A stretch of DNA of 64,000 nt from Syntrophales bacterium (GCA_963665835.2 CAXXWJ010000001.1:1725032-1789031), one strand, 5' to 3'. Shown: positions 7,193 through 18,076, counted from the first letter of the stretch. Translations and numbers: made by a program. The notes: generated from the letters alone by a model not told the origin.

Positions 7193-7756
7193 ATGAAAAG
7201 AAATATACTCAACCGCTATTCACGAACCGCTGGTAATGAAATTATTATAGATATTGCCGCTAGGAGAATTGAGGATTTATTTAGTGATTTTGACAAACAT
7301 GCGCCATATCGGAAAAAAGAGCTGGATCAAGATCTGGTTGATTATCTTATTGACTCTGCCAGTGAAATTGGAACAAACAAATTTGTTATTCAATTTCATT
7401 TCACAAAATTGACGGATGAAAATCTTACCTCTCGTGTAACAGCGAGTGTGCGTAATTATTTTCTATATTTAATAGCTCTTGAGTTTAGGGCTTTGAGAAG
7501 AATGGCTCGTTCTTCTTTGATTCTCTTTGCTATCGGAGTTGTATTCCTTTTCCTGTCGGTATGGGTTAATCAAAAAACTGTAGATAATGGCACCGTTATC
7601 GGCCATGTCTTCGCAGAAGGTCTTACTGTAGCAGCATGGGTTTCTCTGTGGAACGCCATTGCAAACCTCCTTATTGACTGGGCCCCTCGTCGTCGACTAA
7701 TAAAAATGTACAAAAATATTTCCAAAGCCAAGATAATATTCAGTAAGATTGCATAG
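7193..7756 (+). CDS. Hypothetical protein with soluble N-terminal domain and two C-terminal TM helices
   Basis: ORF 7142..7756; an alternative start is MKRNIL at 7193. TM segments SSLILFAIGVVFLFLSVWV and GLTVAAWVSLWNAIANLLI. It is the first ORF after attC D. No family recognised. Confidence 0.55.
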   Translation: MKRNILNRYSRTAGNEIIIDIAARRIEDLFSDFDKHAPYRKKELDQDLVDYLIDSASEIGTNKFVIQFHFTKLTDENLTSRVTASVRNYFLYLIALEFRALRRMARSSLILFAIGVVFLFLSVWVNQKTVDNGTVIGHVFAEGLTVAAWVSLWNAIANLLIDWAPRRRLIKMYKNISKAKIIFSKIA

Positions 7757-7925
7757 TATGTCTGTTGGAAATCGGGGAACGCACATAGCTGTCTTCTTGG
7801 CTTGCTGTCCCGTTAATGAGTACGAAGGAAATCTGGTACCATTACTTCATCCTTGATTTTGTCGACTTCAGCAAGGGACCCTCAGAATCTGTTTTCGTTC
7901 TTTATACCTCTGAATATAGCCAACA

Positions 7926-8555
7926 TTACCTTATAAAGTTCATCATCTCTTTTTCCTCTTTCTCCGGTGGAGGCACCGGTGAGGATTTTTTCATCATCAT
8001 TATCCACGCCATGTTCTTGCCCAGCACTCGCATAATCTGCAACCCCTCGGTGTCCTTCTCTGCTTCACCGGGTGTTCGGCCATGGATGATGTTCCAGTAG
8101 TTGGCTGTAGCTATGATCATTTCAGCATAGTTCAGATAATGGTTAAGCCCGTCTAGCGCGGATGATCCACCGGAGCGGCGCACGGCCACGACAGCTGCGC
8201 CCACCTTGTGGCGGAACCAGTTCCCATTTGCCCCGGATACATAAAAGAGGCGGTCGAGAAAGCTTTTCATTGTGCCTGCAATACCAGAATAGTGAACAGG
8301 TGACCCAAGCACCAGGCCATCAGCAGCCGTTATCTTAGGCAACTGACCGTTGAAATCATCCCCGCTCATGCTGCATTTGCCGTCGCGGCTGGTGTAGCAT
8401 TTGAGGCAGCCCATACAGCCGCGTATGTTCAAATGTCCTATCGGTAATATTTCAAATTCAATATCTGCCGCTTCCAGTTCGTTGCCCAGTACGCTCAATG
8501 CTTTATAGGTATTGCCTTTGCGTTTGGGACTTCCGTTTAAAGCTATCACCTTCAT
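7926..8555 (-). CDS. Flavodoxin-like fold NAD(P)H-dependent FMN reductase / iron-sulfur flavoprotein-like
   Basis: MKVIALNGSPKRKGNT, a Cys cluster CMGCLKC..GKC, and GSPVHYSGIAGTMKSFLDR match the Isf/NADPH-FMN reductase pattern. Confidence 0.8.
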   Translation of the reverse strand: MKVIALNGSPKRKGNTYKALSVLGNELEAADIEFEILPIGHLNIRGCMGCLKCYTSRDGKCSMSGDDFNGQLPKITAADGLVLGSPVHYSGIAGTMKSFLDRLFYVSGANGNWFRHKVGAAVVAVRRSGGSSALDGLNHYLNYAEMIIATANYWNIIHGRTPGEAEKDTEGLQIMRVLGKNMAWIMMMKKSSPVPPPEKEEKEMMNFIR

Positions 8556-8935
8556 TTTATCTGGGCTTCCTTTATTTTTTTTCTATGGCCTGACTACCAC
8601 TGGCCGCACGTTACATTACTTCTGTACCTCCTACATTTGAATATAATTGACAAGACATTTTTTATAGTGCAGTAAATCGGAATCTTTCTATCAAGATCTT
8701 ATAGCCAATAGTCATAACCCCGAAATATATATCTCATTTAAGGATAGTAAGGGGCATGTCCTGGTAAAATCCATAAAGGGCTCTTCGGGAGTGGCTTAAA
8801 CAAAAGGTTCAACCAATTGCCATCGCTCTCGGGAGGAACCATTAAATTTTTCCACTTTCTTTCTTGACCGTCCTGTCTTTACCATGACAATAAGGACGCA
8901 TCCCTAATTAATCCATTCGTTAAAAGGATTTTCGC

Positions 8936-9190
8936 ATGAATTCCGAAAAAAATATATTGGGCACAGCCGTTTATCCCGATTATCACCAGTTGTTGAAGCT
9001 GGTACAGGCAAAGATGCCCTATGGAAAATATGCCGGTCGATATCTTGTGGATCTTCCCGAATCATATGTTGTCTGGTTTTCGCAGAAAGGCTTCCCACAG
9101 GACGAACTGGGTGATATGCTTCGTACGATCTACGAAATAAAAACAAACGGGCTCGAGCATCTTCTGGAACCGTTGAAAGGATCGCGGTAA
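8936..9190 (+). CDS. DUF3820 family protein
   Basis: MPYGKYAGRYLVDLPESYVVWFSQKGFPQDELGDML..IKTNGLEHLL matches the conserved DUF3820 pattern. Confidence 0.75.
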   Translation: MNSEKNILGTAVYPDYHQLLKLVQAKMPYGKYAGRYLVDLPESYVVWFSQKGFPQDELGDMLRTIYEIKTNGLEHLLEPLKGSR

Positions 9191-9195
9191 AAAGC

Positions 9196-9429
9196 ATGGA
9201 AACATTTGAATTCTTCGGTGAATATATTGAGCTGAACAAGCTGCTAAAGGCATCGGGGCTGTGTGAAACGGGGGGCATGGCAAAGATTGAAATTGAGAAC
9301 GGCATGATCAGGGTTGACGGAACAGTCGAATACAGGAAGCGATGCAAGATAAGAGATGGCCAGATGGTTCAGTATGGTGGCCGTAAGATCAAGGTGGTCG
9401 GTCCCGGAACTGAAGGTACGGAATCCTGA
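9196..9429 (+). CDS. S4-domain RNA-binding protein (YbcJ-like)
   Basis: YIELNKLLKASGLCETGGMAKIEIENGMIRVDGTVEYRKRCKIRDGQMV is a typical stand-alone S4 pattern. Confidence 0.75.
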   Translation: METFEFFGEYIELNKLLKASGLCETGGMAKIEIENGMIRVDGTVEYRKRCKIRDGQMVQYGGRKIKVVGPGTEGTES

Positions 9430-9497
9430 AGGTTTTAAGAAACTGCCGGTATGGAATGGCTTCCACCGGGCAAAATTCTGATTAAAGGACCATTTTC

Positions 9498-11276
9498 ATG
9501 TTTCTTCCCACCACGCAAAAGGAGATTAAAGCCCTGGGATGGAAATGGCTCGACGTCATCCTCATAACCGGCGACAGTTATATCGATTCGCCCTTCATCG
9601 GCGTTGCTGTCATCGGGAAAATTCTCCTAAGTGCCGGTTACCGGGTGGGTGTTATTGCCCAGCCCGGAAGGGTCTCTGGTGATGATATCAGCCGGTTGGG
9701 CGAACCTCGTCTGTTCTGGGGAGTCACAGGGGGCTGCATCGATTCGATGGTTGCCAACTATACAGCAGCGGGGCGGAAGCGCAGGAGTGACGATTATACG
9801 CCGGGTGGCTTAAACAACCGCCGCCCCGACAGGGCAACGATAGCCTACAGCAATCTTATAAGAACCCATTTCAAGGGAACAGTCCCCATTGTTCTCGGCG
9901 GTATCGAGGCAAGCCTGAGAAGGATAGCCCATTATGATTTCTGGTCCAATACGATAAGAAGATCAATTCTTTTTGACGCAAAGGCCGATTACCTTCTCTA
10001 TGGAATGGCGGACCGCTCCATAGTCGAGCTGGCTGACTGCCTCAAAGGGGGCGGTGATCCCCGTGCGGTTCGCGGGATCTGCTACGCCTCCCCCGATCTT
10101 GTCGAGGGCTGTCTGGAGCTGCCCGCTTTCGATTATGCGGCGCAAAGCAAAGAGGCCTTCACGGAAATGTTCCGTCTTTTCTATCGAAATAACGATCCAG
10201 TTACGGCCCTGCCGCTTGCGCAGAAGCAGGACAACCGCTATCTAATTCAGACCCCGCCGGCCTACAGCCTCTCCAGCCGGGAGCTGGACGCCGTGCATGA
10301 CCTGGACTATGAGAGGGATCTTCACCCCTATTACCGTGCAGAGGGTGAGGTCAAAGCACTGGATACAATAGGCTTTTCCATCGCAACCCATCGGGGATGC
10401 TACGGAGAGTGTAATTTCTGCGCCATAACGATCCATCAGGGGCGAAAGGTTACGTCCCGCAGCCGGGCTTCAATCCTTGGTGAAGCGGAAGCTTTTACGA
10501 GGCACCCGCGTTTTAAGGGTGTCATACAGGATGTGGGTGGGCCGACTGCCAACATGTACGGCATTGACTGTGACAGAAAAGAAAAACAGGGCGGCTGCCC
10601 GGGCAAGCGATGCCTCTTCCCGAAGATATGTTCCCAGCTCCCCATAGATCACAGGCAGCAAGCCTCTCTGCTTAAGGCGATTCGCGCAGTACAGGGTGTT
10701 AAGAAGGTATTTATCGCCTCGGGCATACGGCATGATCTTATCATGGCGGACAGGAAGAATGGCACGGACTACCTGAAGCAGGTTGTCCGCCATCACCTTT
10801 CGGGACAGATGAAACTGGCACCGGAGCATTCGGAGCCGCAAGTCCTTCAGAAAATGGGGAAATCGGGGAAAGATACGCTGCTCGCCTTCAGAGATCTTTT
10901 TTCAGACATTGCAAGCCGTGGAGAAAAGAAACAGTTCCTGACCTACTATATAATAGCCGCACATCCGGGATGTACAGAAGACGATATGGCAAGGCTCCGG
11001 TCCTTTGCCCTGGGAGAACTGCAATTCCTCCCCGAGCAGGTTCAGGTCTTTACGCCTACGCCTTCTACCTGGTCCACCCTGATGTACTGGACGGAACGTG
11101 ACCCCTTTTCAGGAAAGGCCTGTTTTGTAGAAAAAACATTCCGTGGCCGAGAAAGACAGAAGGAAATCCTGGCAGATCACAGGGCCAATAAGCAGCAACG
11201 GGAGCGATCGAGGTCAAAAAATCAGGGTGCCCATTCCCGTCCTGAAAATTATCGGAAGAAAGGACATCGCAGATGA
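9498..11276 (+). CDS. ygiQ: YgiQ-family radical SAM protein (UPF0313)
   Basis: The N-terminus MFLPTT..E.K..GW..LDVILITGDSYIDSPFIGVAVIGKIL and the CxxxCxxC cluster (CYGECNFCAI) are characteristic of YgiQ. It has a basic C-terminal tail. Confidence 0.9.
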   Translation: MFLPTTQKEIKALGWKWLDVILITGDSYIDSPFIGVAVIGKILLSAGYRVGVIAQPGRVSGDDISRLGEPRLFWGVTGGCIDSMVANYTAAGRKRRSDDYTPGGLNNRRPDRATIAYSNLIRTHFKGTVPIVLGGIEASLRRIAHYDFWSNTIRRSILFDAKADYLLYGMADRSIVELADCLKGGGDPRAVRGICYASPDLVEGCLELPAFDYAAQSKEAFTEMFRLFYRNNDPVTALPLAQKQDNRYLIQTPPAYSLSSRELDAVHDLDYERDLHPYYRAEGEVKALDTIGFSIATHRGCYGECNFCAITIHQGRKVTSRSRASILGEAEAFTRHPRFKGVIQDVGGPTANMYGIDCDRKEKQGGCPGKRCLFPKICSQLPIDHRQQASLLKAIRAVQGVKKVFIASGIRHDLIMADRKNGTDYLKQVVRHHLSGQMKLAPEHSEPQVLQKMGKSGKDTLLAFRDLFSDIASRGEKKQFLTYYIIAAHPGCTEDDMARLRSFALGELQFLPEQVQVFTPTPSTWSTLMYWTERDPFSGKACFVEKTFRGRERQKEILADHRANKQQRERSRSKNQGAHSRPENYRKKGHRR

Positions 11277-11506
11277 ATTCATGCAGGCACCTGAACCTTG
11301 TCCTTTTGGCGGAAAGGAAAAATGTTCTGCGCTGTCGACACTGCCATCTTACTATCAATGCTGACGAACTGTCCGAGCGGTATTGCCCGGAGTGTTTTCA
11401 GGTAAAGGGCAGGAGGAACTATGATTTTGATGAGGTCAAGCGGGAAGACGAGGGGAAAATCCGCTACCGCTGCGAGGATTGCGGTGCCATTATAGAGACC
11501 GAATGA
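11273..11506 (+). CDS. Small zinc-ribbon protein (four CxxC pairs)
   Basis: ATGA start/stop overlap with ygiQ. The Cys pairs are CRHC, CPEC and CEDC, plus N-terminal C/H residues. Confidence 0.6.
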   Translation: MNSCRHLNLVLLAERKNVLRCRHCHLTINADELSERYCPECFQVKGRRNYDFDEVKREDEGKIRYRCEDCGAIIETE

Positions 11507-11637
11507 CCGATGCAATGGCCCGTTGCGTTGCTGTTTTGATCTTATTTTTATATATTGTGGAGTCAGAGACAAACTGATAGAGAGGCTCTCGGCAAAATTT
11601 TGTACCGCCAAAATTTAAAAATCAAGAGGGGTATTTG

Positions 11638-13320
<1,683 letters not shown>

Positions 13321-13362
13321 TCGTAATTGGGGATGGTTCTATTTTTATCCCCGTTTAAGACA

Positions 13363-14730
13363 TCAGTTATGGTGAGGGTGTTCCATCCTCAGCGCCAACA
13401 GTGTAATGTCATCTGCCGGAGGAGACCCGGCGGCGAATTCATGAACCGCCGTCAGGGTTTTCTCCACAATGTCCTTCGCCGATGTGACGTGAGATCCTTG
13501 AAGGACTCTGAGGAAACCTTCGTCGGTAAAAAAGGCCTTTTCTATATTCGTAGCCTCGGTCACGCCGTCGGTGTAGAGCACCAGGGTGTCACCCTTTTCC
13601 AGATGGAGGTGCCCCTCTTCATAGTAGATATCATCCATGGCGCCCATGGGAAGATTCGCAAGTATCTTTAGAAAAGAGGCGCTGCCGTCGGCCTTTACAA
13701 TTGCCGGAGGATTGTGGCCGGCATTTATGTATGTTACTTCGCCGGTCAGAATATCTAGAACGCCGCAGAACATCGTGACAAACATGGCTGCATCGTTTCC
13801 ATCACAGAGCATTTTGTTTACATTGGACACGATCTGCCCCAGCCCGGTCTCAGTTGCCTCCATCTTGGCCTTCATAACCGTTCTGGTTACAGCCATGAAA
13901 AGCGCGGCGGGCACACCTTTACCCGAGACATCGCCTATCATGAAGAAAAACCTGTTTTCTTCCACAAAATAAAAATCAAAGAGATCGCCTCCTACCTCCT
14001 TGGCTGGTTCCAGTGTGGCGTAGAGAGAAAACTCATCCCTGGCGGGGGTGGGGGGGAATGTCTTGGGAACAAGGCTCATCTGGATGTCGCGGGCCACCCG
14101 CAGTTCCCCCTCCATGGTAAGCTTGGCCTTTGCCAGGGAGCGTTCCCTTAGAAGATTGGTCATGATGAATCCGTATATCCCTATCCCTATGGCGTTGGCT
14201 GTTGCCATGGGGATGAAGACGCTTTTCACCAGGGTGAACGCGTGGCTGCGGTCTTCGGCTATGGTAACGACGATGGCCATGTGTATAACCTCTATGGCGA
14301 TCATGAGCAGGACGGCTCGGCTGATATCCAGGAATCTGTCACGCTTGAACTGATATACCAGTCCTCCTATAAGGCCGGCCATAACAGTCGCGATCCCGCA
14401 GCTCTCCGCCGTGAATCCTCCCTGAAAATAGCGGTGAACACCGCCGATTATACCGGCTCCAACTCCTACCAGTGGACCACCCAGCAGCCCTGCGAGGGTC
14501 GGTCCCAGGTCACGTATGCTGGCAATAGCGCCTAGAATTCTGAACCCTGACAATGTGCCGTAAACGGAGAATGTCCCGAAGATGAGGACCATGATCAGCT
14601 TATCCTTCCAGGTCATGCTCCTTTCCAGGACACGGTGAAAGATCTGGCGGCGGGTTAGAAAATAGGCGATGACAACGATCACCGCGACGCTGTTAATCAG
14701 TGCTAAAAGGGTGGGTATAATAGATTGCAT
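13363..14730 (-). CDS. Membrane-bound PP2C/SpoIIE-family serine phosphatase with 5TM-LYT-type sensor domain
   Basis: The N-terminal ~190 aa form multi-TM segments. The C-terminus has the SpoIIE pattern (ARDIQMSL, GGDLFDF, IGDVSGKGVPAALFMA, YINAGHNPP, LVLYTDGVTEA). Confidence 0.85.
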   Translation of the reverse strand: MQSIIPTLLALINSVAVIVVIAYFLTRRQIFHRVLERSMTWKDKLIMVLIFGTFSVYGTLSGFRILGAIASIRDLGPTLAGLLGGPLVGVGAGIIGGVHRYFQGGFTAESCGIATVMAGLIGGLVYQFKRDRFLDISRAVLLMIAIEVIHMAIVVTIAEDRSHAFTLVKSVFIPMATANAIGIGIYGFIMTNLLRERSLAKAKLTMEGELRVARDIQMSLVPKTFPPTPARDEFSLYATLEPAKEVGGDLFDFYFVEENRFFFMIGDVSGKGVPAALFMAVTRTVMKAKMEATETGLGQIVSNVNKMLCDGNDAAMFVTMFCGVLDILTGEVTYINAGHNPPAIVKADGSASFLKILANLPMGAMDDIYYEEGHLHLEKGDTLVLYTDGVTEATNIEKAFFTDEGFLRVLQGSHVTSAKDIVEKTLTAVHEFAAGSPPADDITLLALRMEHPHHN

Positions 14731-14771
14731 AATCCTGTTCTCTTCAGTTAATGGGGGCGGTTCTGTTTATT

Positions 14772-15300
14772 TCACCGATGCCCCTGTCTTTTGATCACCC
14801 CATCAAGGTTATACTGTTCAGGGAATTTCTCAATAAATCCATTGCTGCCGTATATCGTCAGCCGATCTATCTCGCCACGCATCGAACCATGATTTTTCTG
14901 CCTCTGCTTAAAAAAAGAGCGGTATTCCTCCTTACTGGCTGTTTTGTCCGTAGAAAGTTGGGCATAAGTGATATGGTCGTCAATCAGATCATCTTTCTCG
15001 CCAAAAATTACCAGTATGCTTGTACTTTCTCTCGAAATGCTGTGCGCAGGACAAATTGATCCTCTTTATTATACGGGACAGATTTCCCCCGGACTCCGTT
15101 GTTTCAATGACCAGATTCACATGGCTTGTAATTAAAACGTAATCATAGAATCAATATTTGCATCTTACCTTGTACTTAATGAGGATGTCGATATATTTTC
15201 CGAAGTCGTCATCGTCTTTAAAAGTAGTCTCTTTGCTGTTTCCTGTCAGGACATGGAGCAGAAAGGACTTAGGCGTTATTCCTGCTGTTGGAATTTGATA
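14772..15300 (-). pseudogene. Decayed Y1 (IS200/RAYT-like, COG1943-type) transposase
   Basis: The minus-strand reading is ..LLHVLTGNSKETTFKDDDDFGKYIDILIKYKVRCKY*FYDYVLITSHVNLVIETTESGGNLSRIIKRINLSCAQHFERKYKHTGNFW... A frameshift then leads to ..EEYRSFFKQ..RLTIYGSNGFIEKF. The signature YxxxxMxNHxHLxxE survives as YDYVLITSHVNLVIE. There is an in-frame TGA plus a frameshift, and no start codon. Confidence 0.55.
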
Positions 15301-15332
15301 TCCAGAATAGACATAACCGTCCCCTTTGGGAG

Positions 15333-16463
15333 TTATTCAAGGCGGAAGGGATAGGGGAGCAGCGCCGATATCATTTCCGTCTTAAGGCCCTGGGATCCGT
15401 CTTCGAGGACTGCCAGTGTCTCTCTGCCGAATTCATATAGGATCTGCCGTTCATCGGCTGCAGGTACGCCGATCTTGTCTCCGGGAAGATAATTGACCAC
15501 CGCCTTGAAGTGCATTTCCCCTTCAGATACGGCCTTATATATCGCCACCTTCAGGGCGCTTGCAGTGTAGCCGTAGAGAGCGTTTTCCACGTTGCAGCCG
15601 GTGTAGATATTTCCGGACACAGTCAGCACCGCGGCCCCCACCTGATAATTCGAGTATGGTGCGTATGCCCGGAAGGAGGCCTCTCGTCCCGCATTTATCA
15701 TCCGGTCGATCTCATCTTTGGTCAGTTCCGTCACGAACCACTTGCGGTAGATCTTGTCGTAGGTGCCATCGGCGATAACAGCACGCATCCCGTCGTTTAT
15801 AAATGTCAGGAGTTCAGGATCTCCAGCCCTTACTACATAGTAGACCGAGGAGACCCGCAGGGGCGTACTAACGGGGAATATTCCAGAAAGGTTGTGGCTG
15901 GTCATGTTAAAAAATGCTGTCTTTTCCGATCCTGCGAAGGCGTCGGCCTTCCCCTTGGCAAGGGCGATCATTGCATCGGCCTCAGTTTCGTACAGGGAGG
16001 GAGTGATGCCGCGCTCTTCCAGGATTTTCTGATATAGAGAGCCCCGCTGGGTTGCTACGGTCTTTTTCCTGTCTTTTATATCATTAAGTGATCGCACTCC
16101 TCCACGTTTTGTGGAAAAAAGGGTGGTCTTGAAATCGCTCACCGGCAGGTCGGAAAAGGCGTATGTTTTTATCCTTTCCGGTGTCTTCGCCATCCCCGAG
16201 GACATATGGACTGTTCCGGCCTTCAAGGCCTCCTGGGCATCGCCCCACTGCATCGGGCGGTAGACGACCTTGACACCCTTCCCCTTGATGATTGCCTGAA
16301 GAACTTCTATATCAAAGCCTACAGGAACTTCGCCTTTCAGATAGGTGTGGGGGGGATAGTCGGAGTCGAATGCATAGATGATCTCACGGCTTGCCCCTGC
16401 AATATTGGCTAGGCAGAACAGATAAACAAAGACAACAAGAAAAACAAAGGTCAGCTTTTTCAT
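15333..16463 (-). CDS. Secreted fusion: amino-acid-type periplasmic binding domain (SBP_bac_3-like) + catalytically dead cytidine-deaminase-like domain
   Basis: Signal peptide MKKLTFVFLVVFVYLFCLANIAGA, followed by an SBP pattern (DSDYPPH..GFDIEVL..). The C-terminus has a CDA fold pattern (AYAPYSNYQVGAAVLTVSGNIYTGCNVENA). However, CAE is replaced by TAS and PCGxCRQ by PAADERQ. Confidence 0.7.
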   Translation of the reverse strand: MKKLTFVFLVVFVYLFCLANIAGASREIIYAFDSDYPPHTYLKGEVPVGFDIEVLQAIIKGKGVKVVYRPMQWGDAQEALKAGTVHMSSGMAKTPERIKTYAFSDLPVSDFKTTLFSTKRGGVRSLNDIKDRKKTVATQRGSLYQKILEERGITPSLYETEADAMIALAKGKADAFAGSEKTAFFNMTSHNLSGIFPVSTPLRVSSVYYVVRAGDPELLTFINDGMRAVIADGTYDKIYRKWFVTELTKDEIDRMINAGREASFRAYAPYSNYQVGAAVLTVSGNIYTGCNVENALYGYTASALKVAIYKAVSEGEMHFKAVVNYLPGDKIGVPAADERQILYEFGRETLAVLEDGSQGLKTEMISALLPYPFRLE

Positions 16464-16590
16464 AATTCTTCTCCTGCTATCAAATATAGGGTTCTGTAAA
16501 TCTTAAGCCCTTACACCCATAACGGAGCCGACTGCCATGCTGACTGGGCAACTAGAGGGGCAATTGGCAGTACGTCATCCCTGCATGGTT

Positions 16591-17064
16591 CTATTTGTTA
16601 AAGGTCACGTTTTCGATCCTGGCGTTTTTGGCTATCTTGAAGGTCGAATTAAATTCCAGGACTGTTCTGCCTTCTTCGTCGAAAACCAGGGCTTGTCCCT
16701 TGAAAAGGCGATCTTCCCTTCCCGTTACCCTTGCCTTTGCCGTGACGATGCCCTGCTTCAGGGCACGCAGATATCGGGCATCAATATCAATGGTCGCGAA
16801 ATGCGTCTCCGGTTCCAGCAGGCTCTTTATGGCCATTACCACAGCCGTATCGGCCAGTGCCACAAGCGCTCCGCCGTGCATCAGTCCCGCCCCCTGGGCG
16901 TAATCTATCAGAAAGGGCATGGTCAACTTTGCCTGGCCCTCCGATGCCTCCTCAATGGACATATTCAACAATCTTTCAAAGGGTGCGCAGGAGATCCATC
17001 CTGGCATACTGAAACTGTGCGGTCCGTTTTCGCCCTCTGTTAATGGCATGAGATCCTCTTTCAA
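16591..17064 (-). CDS. PaaI-family hotdog-fold thioesterase
   Basis: GLMHGGALVALADTAVVMAI and the overall ~150-aa hotdog pattern. Confidence 0.75.
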   Translation of the reverse strand: MKEDLMPLTEGENGPHSFSMPGWISCAPFERLLNMSIEEASEGQAKLTMPFLIDYAQGAGLMHGGALVALADTAVVMAIKSLLEPETHFATIDIDARYLRALKQGIVTAKARVTGREDRLFKGQALVFDEEGRTVLEFNSTFKIAKNARIENVTFNK

Positions 17065-17363
17065 TGAAAAACCGTGGCCTCTTGATCATTTGAGACCTGC
17101 GGCCGCCACATCTTTGTTCCCGAATAATTACCGTTGGGGATGTACACCTTATGAAAGGAGATGTCAAATCGTGATGTTACTAAGGCTGTTGGAAATTTAC
17201 TTATTGTTATCCAATGTTTATATTTTGGGGACAGCCTTGGAAAGGCAGTGTTTAATATTCCTTGACATGGCAAAATATTGGAGTTAGCGTTCCACCATAT
17301 TACTGTTTTATGACGATTATTTTTTAACGCCATGATGGGAGAGATTGTCAAAGGAGAGGGAAG

Positions 17364-18026
17364 ATGAAAAAAACGATACTGTCCGTGGCTCTTTGTGTTT
17401 TGCTTATAGCCGGTTGTGCGTCAACTCAGACGCAGACGAAGACTCAGCAGGGTGGCCTATATGGTGCGGCCGGTGGTGCCGTGGCCGGGGCTTTACTGGG
17501 ACAGATTATAGGGCGTGATACCAAAGGCACCCTTATAGGGGCCGCCATAGGCGCGGCAGTGGGCGGTGCCGGTGGTGTGGCCGTAGGCAAGATGATGGAC
17601 AATCAGGAACGAGATATGCGTGAAGCCCTTGCTGCTTCTGAAGCTGCCGCAGTCTCAAGGGAAGGCAACCTCCTAGCAGTGACCTTCAAGGGCGATGTTA
17701 CCTTCGATACCGGTTCCGTCACCGTAAGGCCAGGTCTTACAGCTGAAATAGATCGTGTTGCAGGCGTCCTGATCCAGTATCCCCAGACTCTCGTAAGGGT
17801 CGAAGGGCATACCGACAGTGTAGGTACTGAAGAGTACAACCTGGATCTTTCCAATCGCCGGGCTGTTGCTGTCAAGACCTTACTGGTTCAACGTGGAGTT
17901 TCCGAAAGCCGTCTTGAGACATCCGGCTATGGAGAGACCATGCCGGTGGCGACCAACGACACGGAGGCCGGGAGACAGAGGAACAGAAGGGTCGAAATCA
18001 AGATTGCACCGGGAAACCAATATTAG
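17364..18026 (+). CDS. OmpA-family lipoprotein with glycine-zipper region
   Basis: Lipobox LIAGC. Gly-zipper GAAGGAVAGALLG..GAAIGAAVGGAGG. OmpA-like C-terminus (VEGHTDSVGTEEYNLDLSNRRA..NRRVEI). Confidence 0.88.
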   Translation: MKKTILSVALCVLLIAGCASTQTQTKTQQGGLYGAAGGAVAGALLGQIIGRDTKGTLIGAAIGAAVGGAGGVAVGKMMDNQERDMREALAASEAAAVSREGNLLAVTFKGDVTFDTGSVTVRPGLTAEIDRVAGVLIQYPQTLVRVEGHTDSVGTEEYNLDLSNRRAVAVKTLLVQRGVSESRLETSGYGETMPVATNDTEAGRQRNRRVEIKIAPGNQY

Positions 18027-18037
18027 TATTTTCAAAG

Positions 18038-18076
18038 CCCGCCGCAGGCCCTATCCTGCCTGCGGCGGGTATTTTA
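18038..18076 (+). terminator. Intrinsic terminator after the OmpA-family gene
   Basis: An 11-bp GC-rich stem CCCGCCGCAGG/CCTGCGGCGGG followed by TATTTT. Confidence 0.7.

Noticed and set aside
8808-8930. GTTCAAC at 8808-8814 is the exact reverse complement of the last R' box (GTTGAAC, 6975). This could mark the end of a fourth ~1.8-kb cassette containing 7193..7756 and the flavodoxin-like gene.
   Set aside because: I could find no L''/L' pairing, no spacer geometry and no credible GTTRRRY partner downstream. A single 7-mer in ~1.9 kb has a roughly 10% chance expectation. It is kept only as a possible relic to test with an attC model.
14751-15059. A 102-aa plus-strand ORF in the gap after the SpoIIE phosphatase gene.
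   Set aside because: The opposite strand carries the recognisable, though broken, Y1 transposase motifs. The plus-strand ORF has no features.
16537-17043. A 168-aa plus-strand ORF.
   Set aside because: It is antisense to the PaaI-type thioesterase gene.
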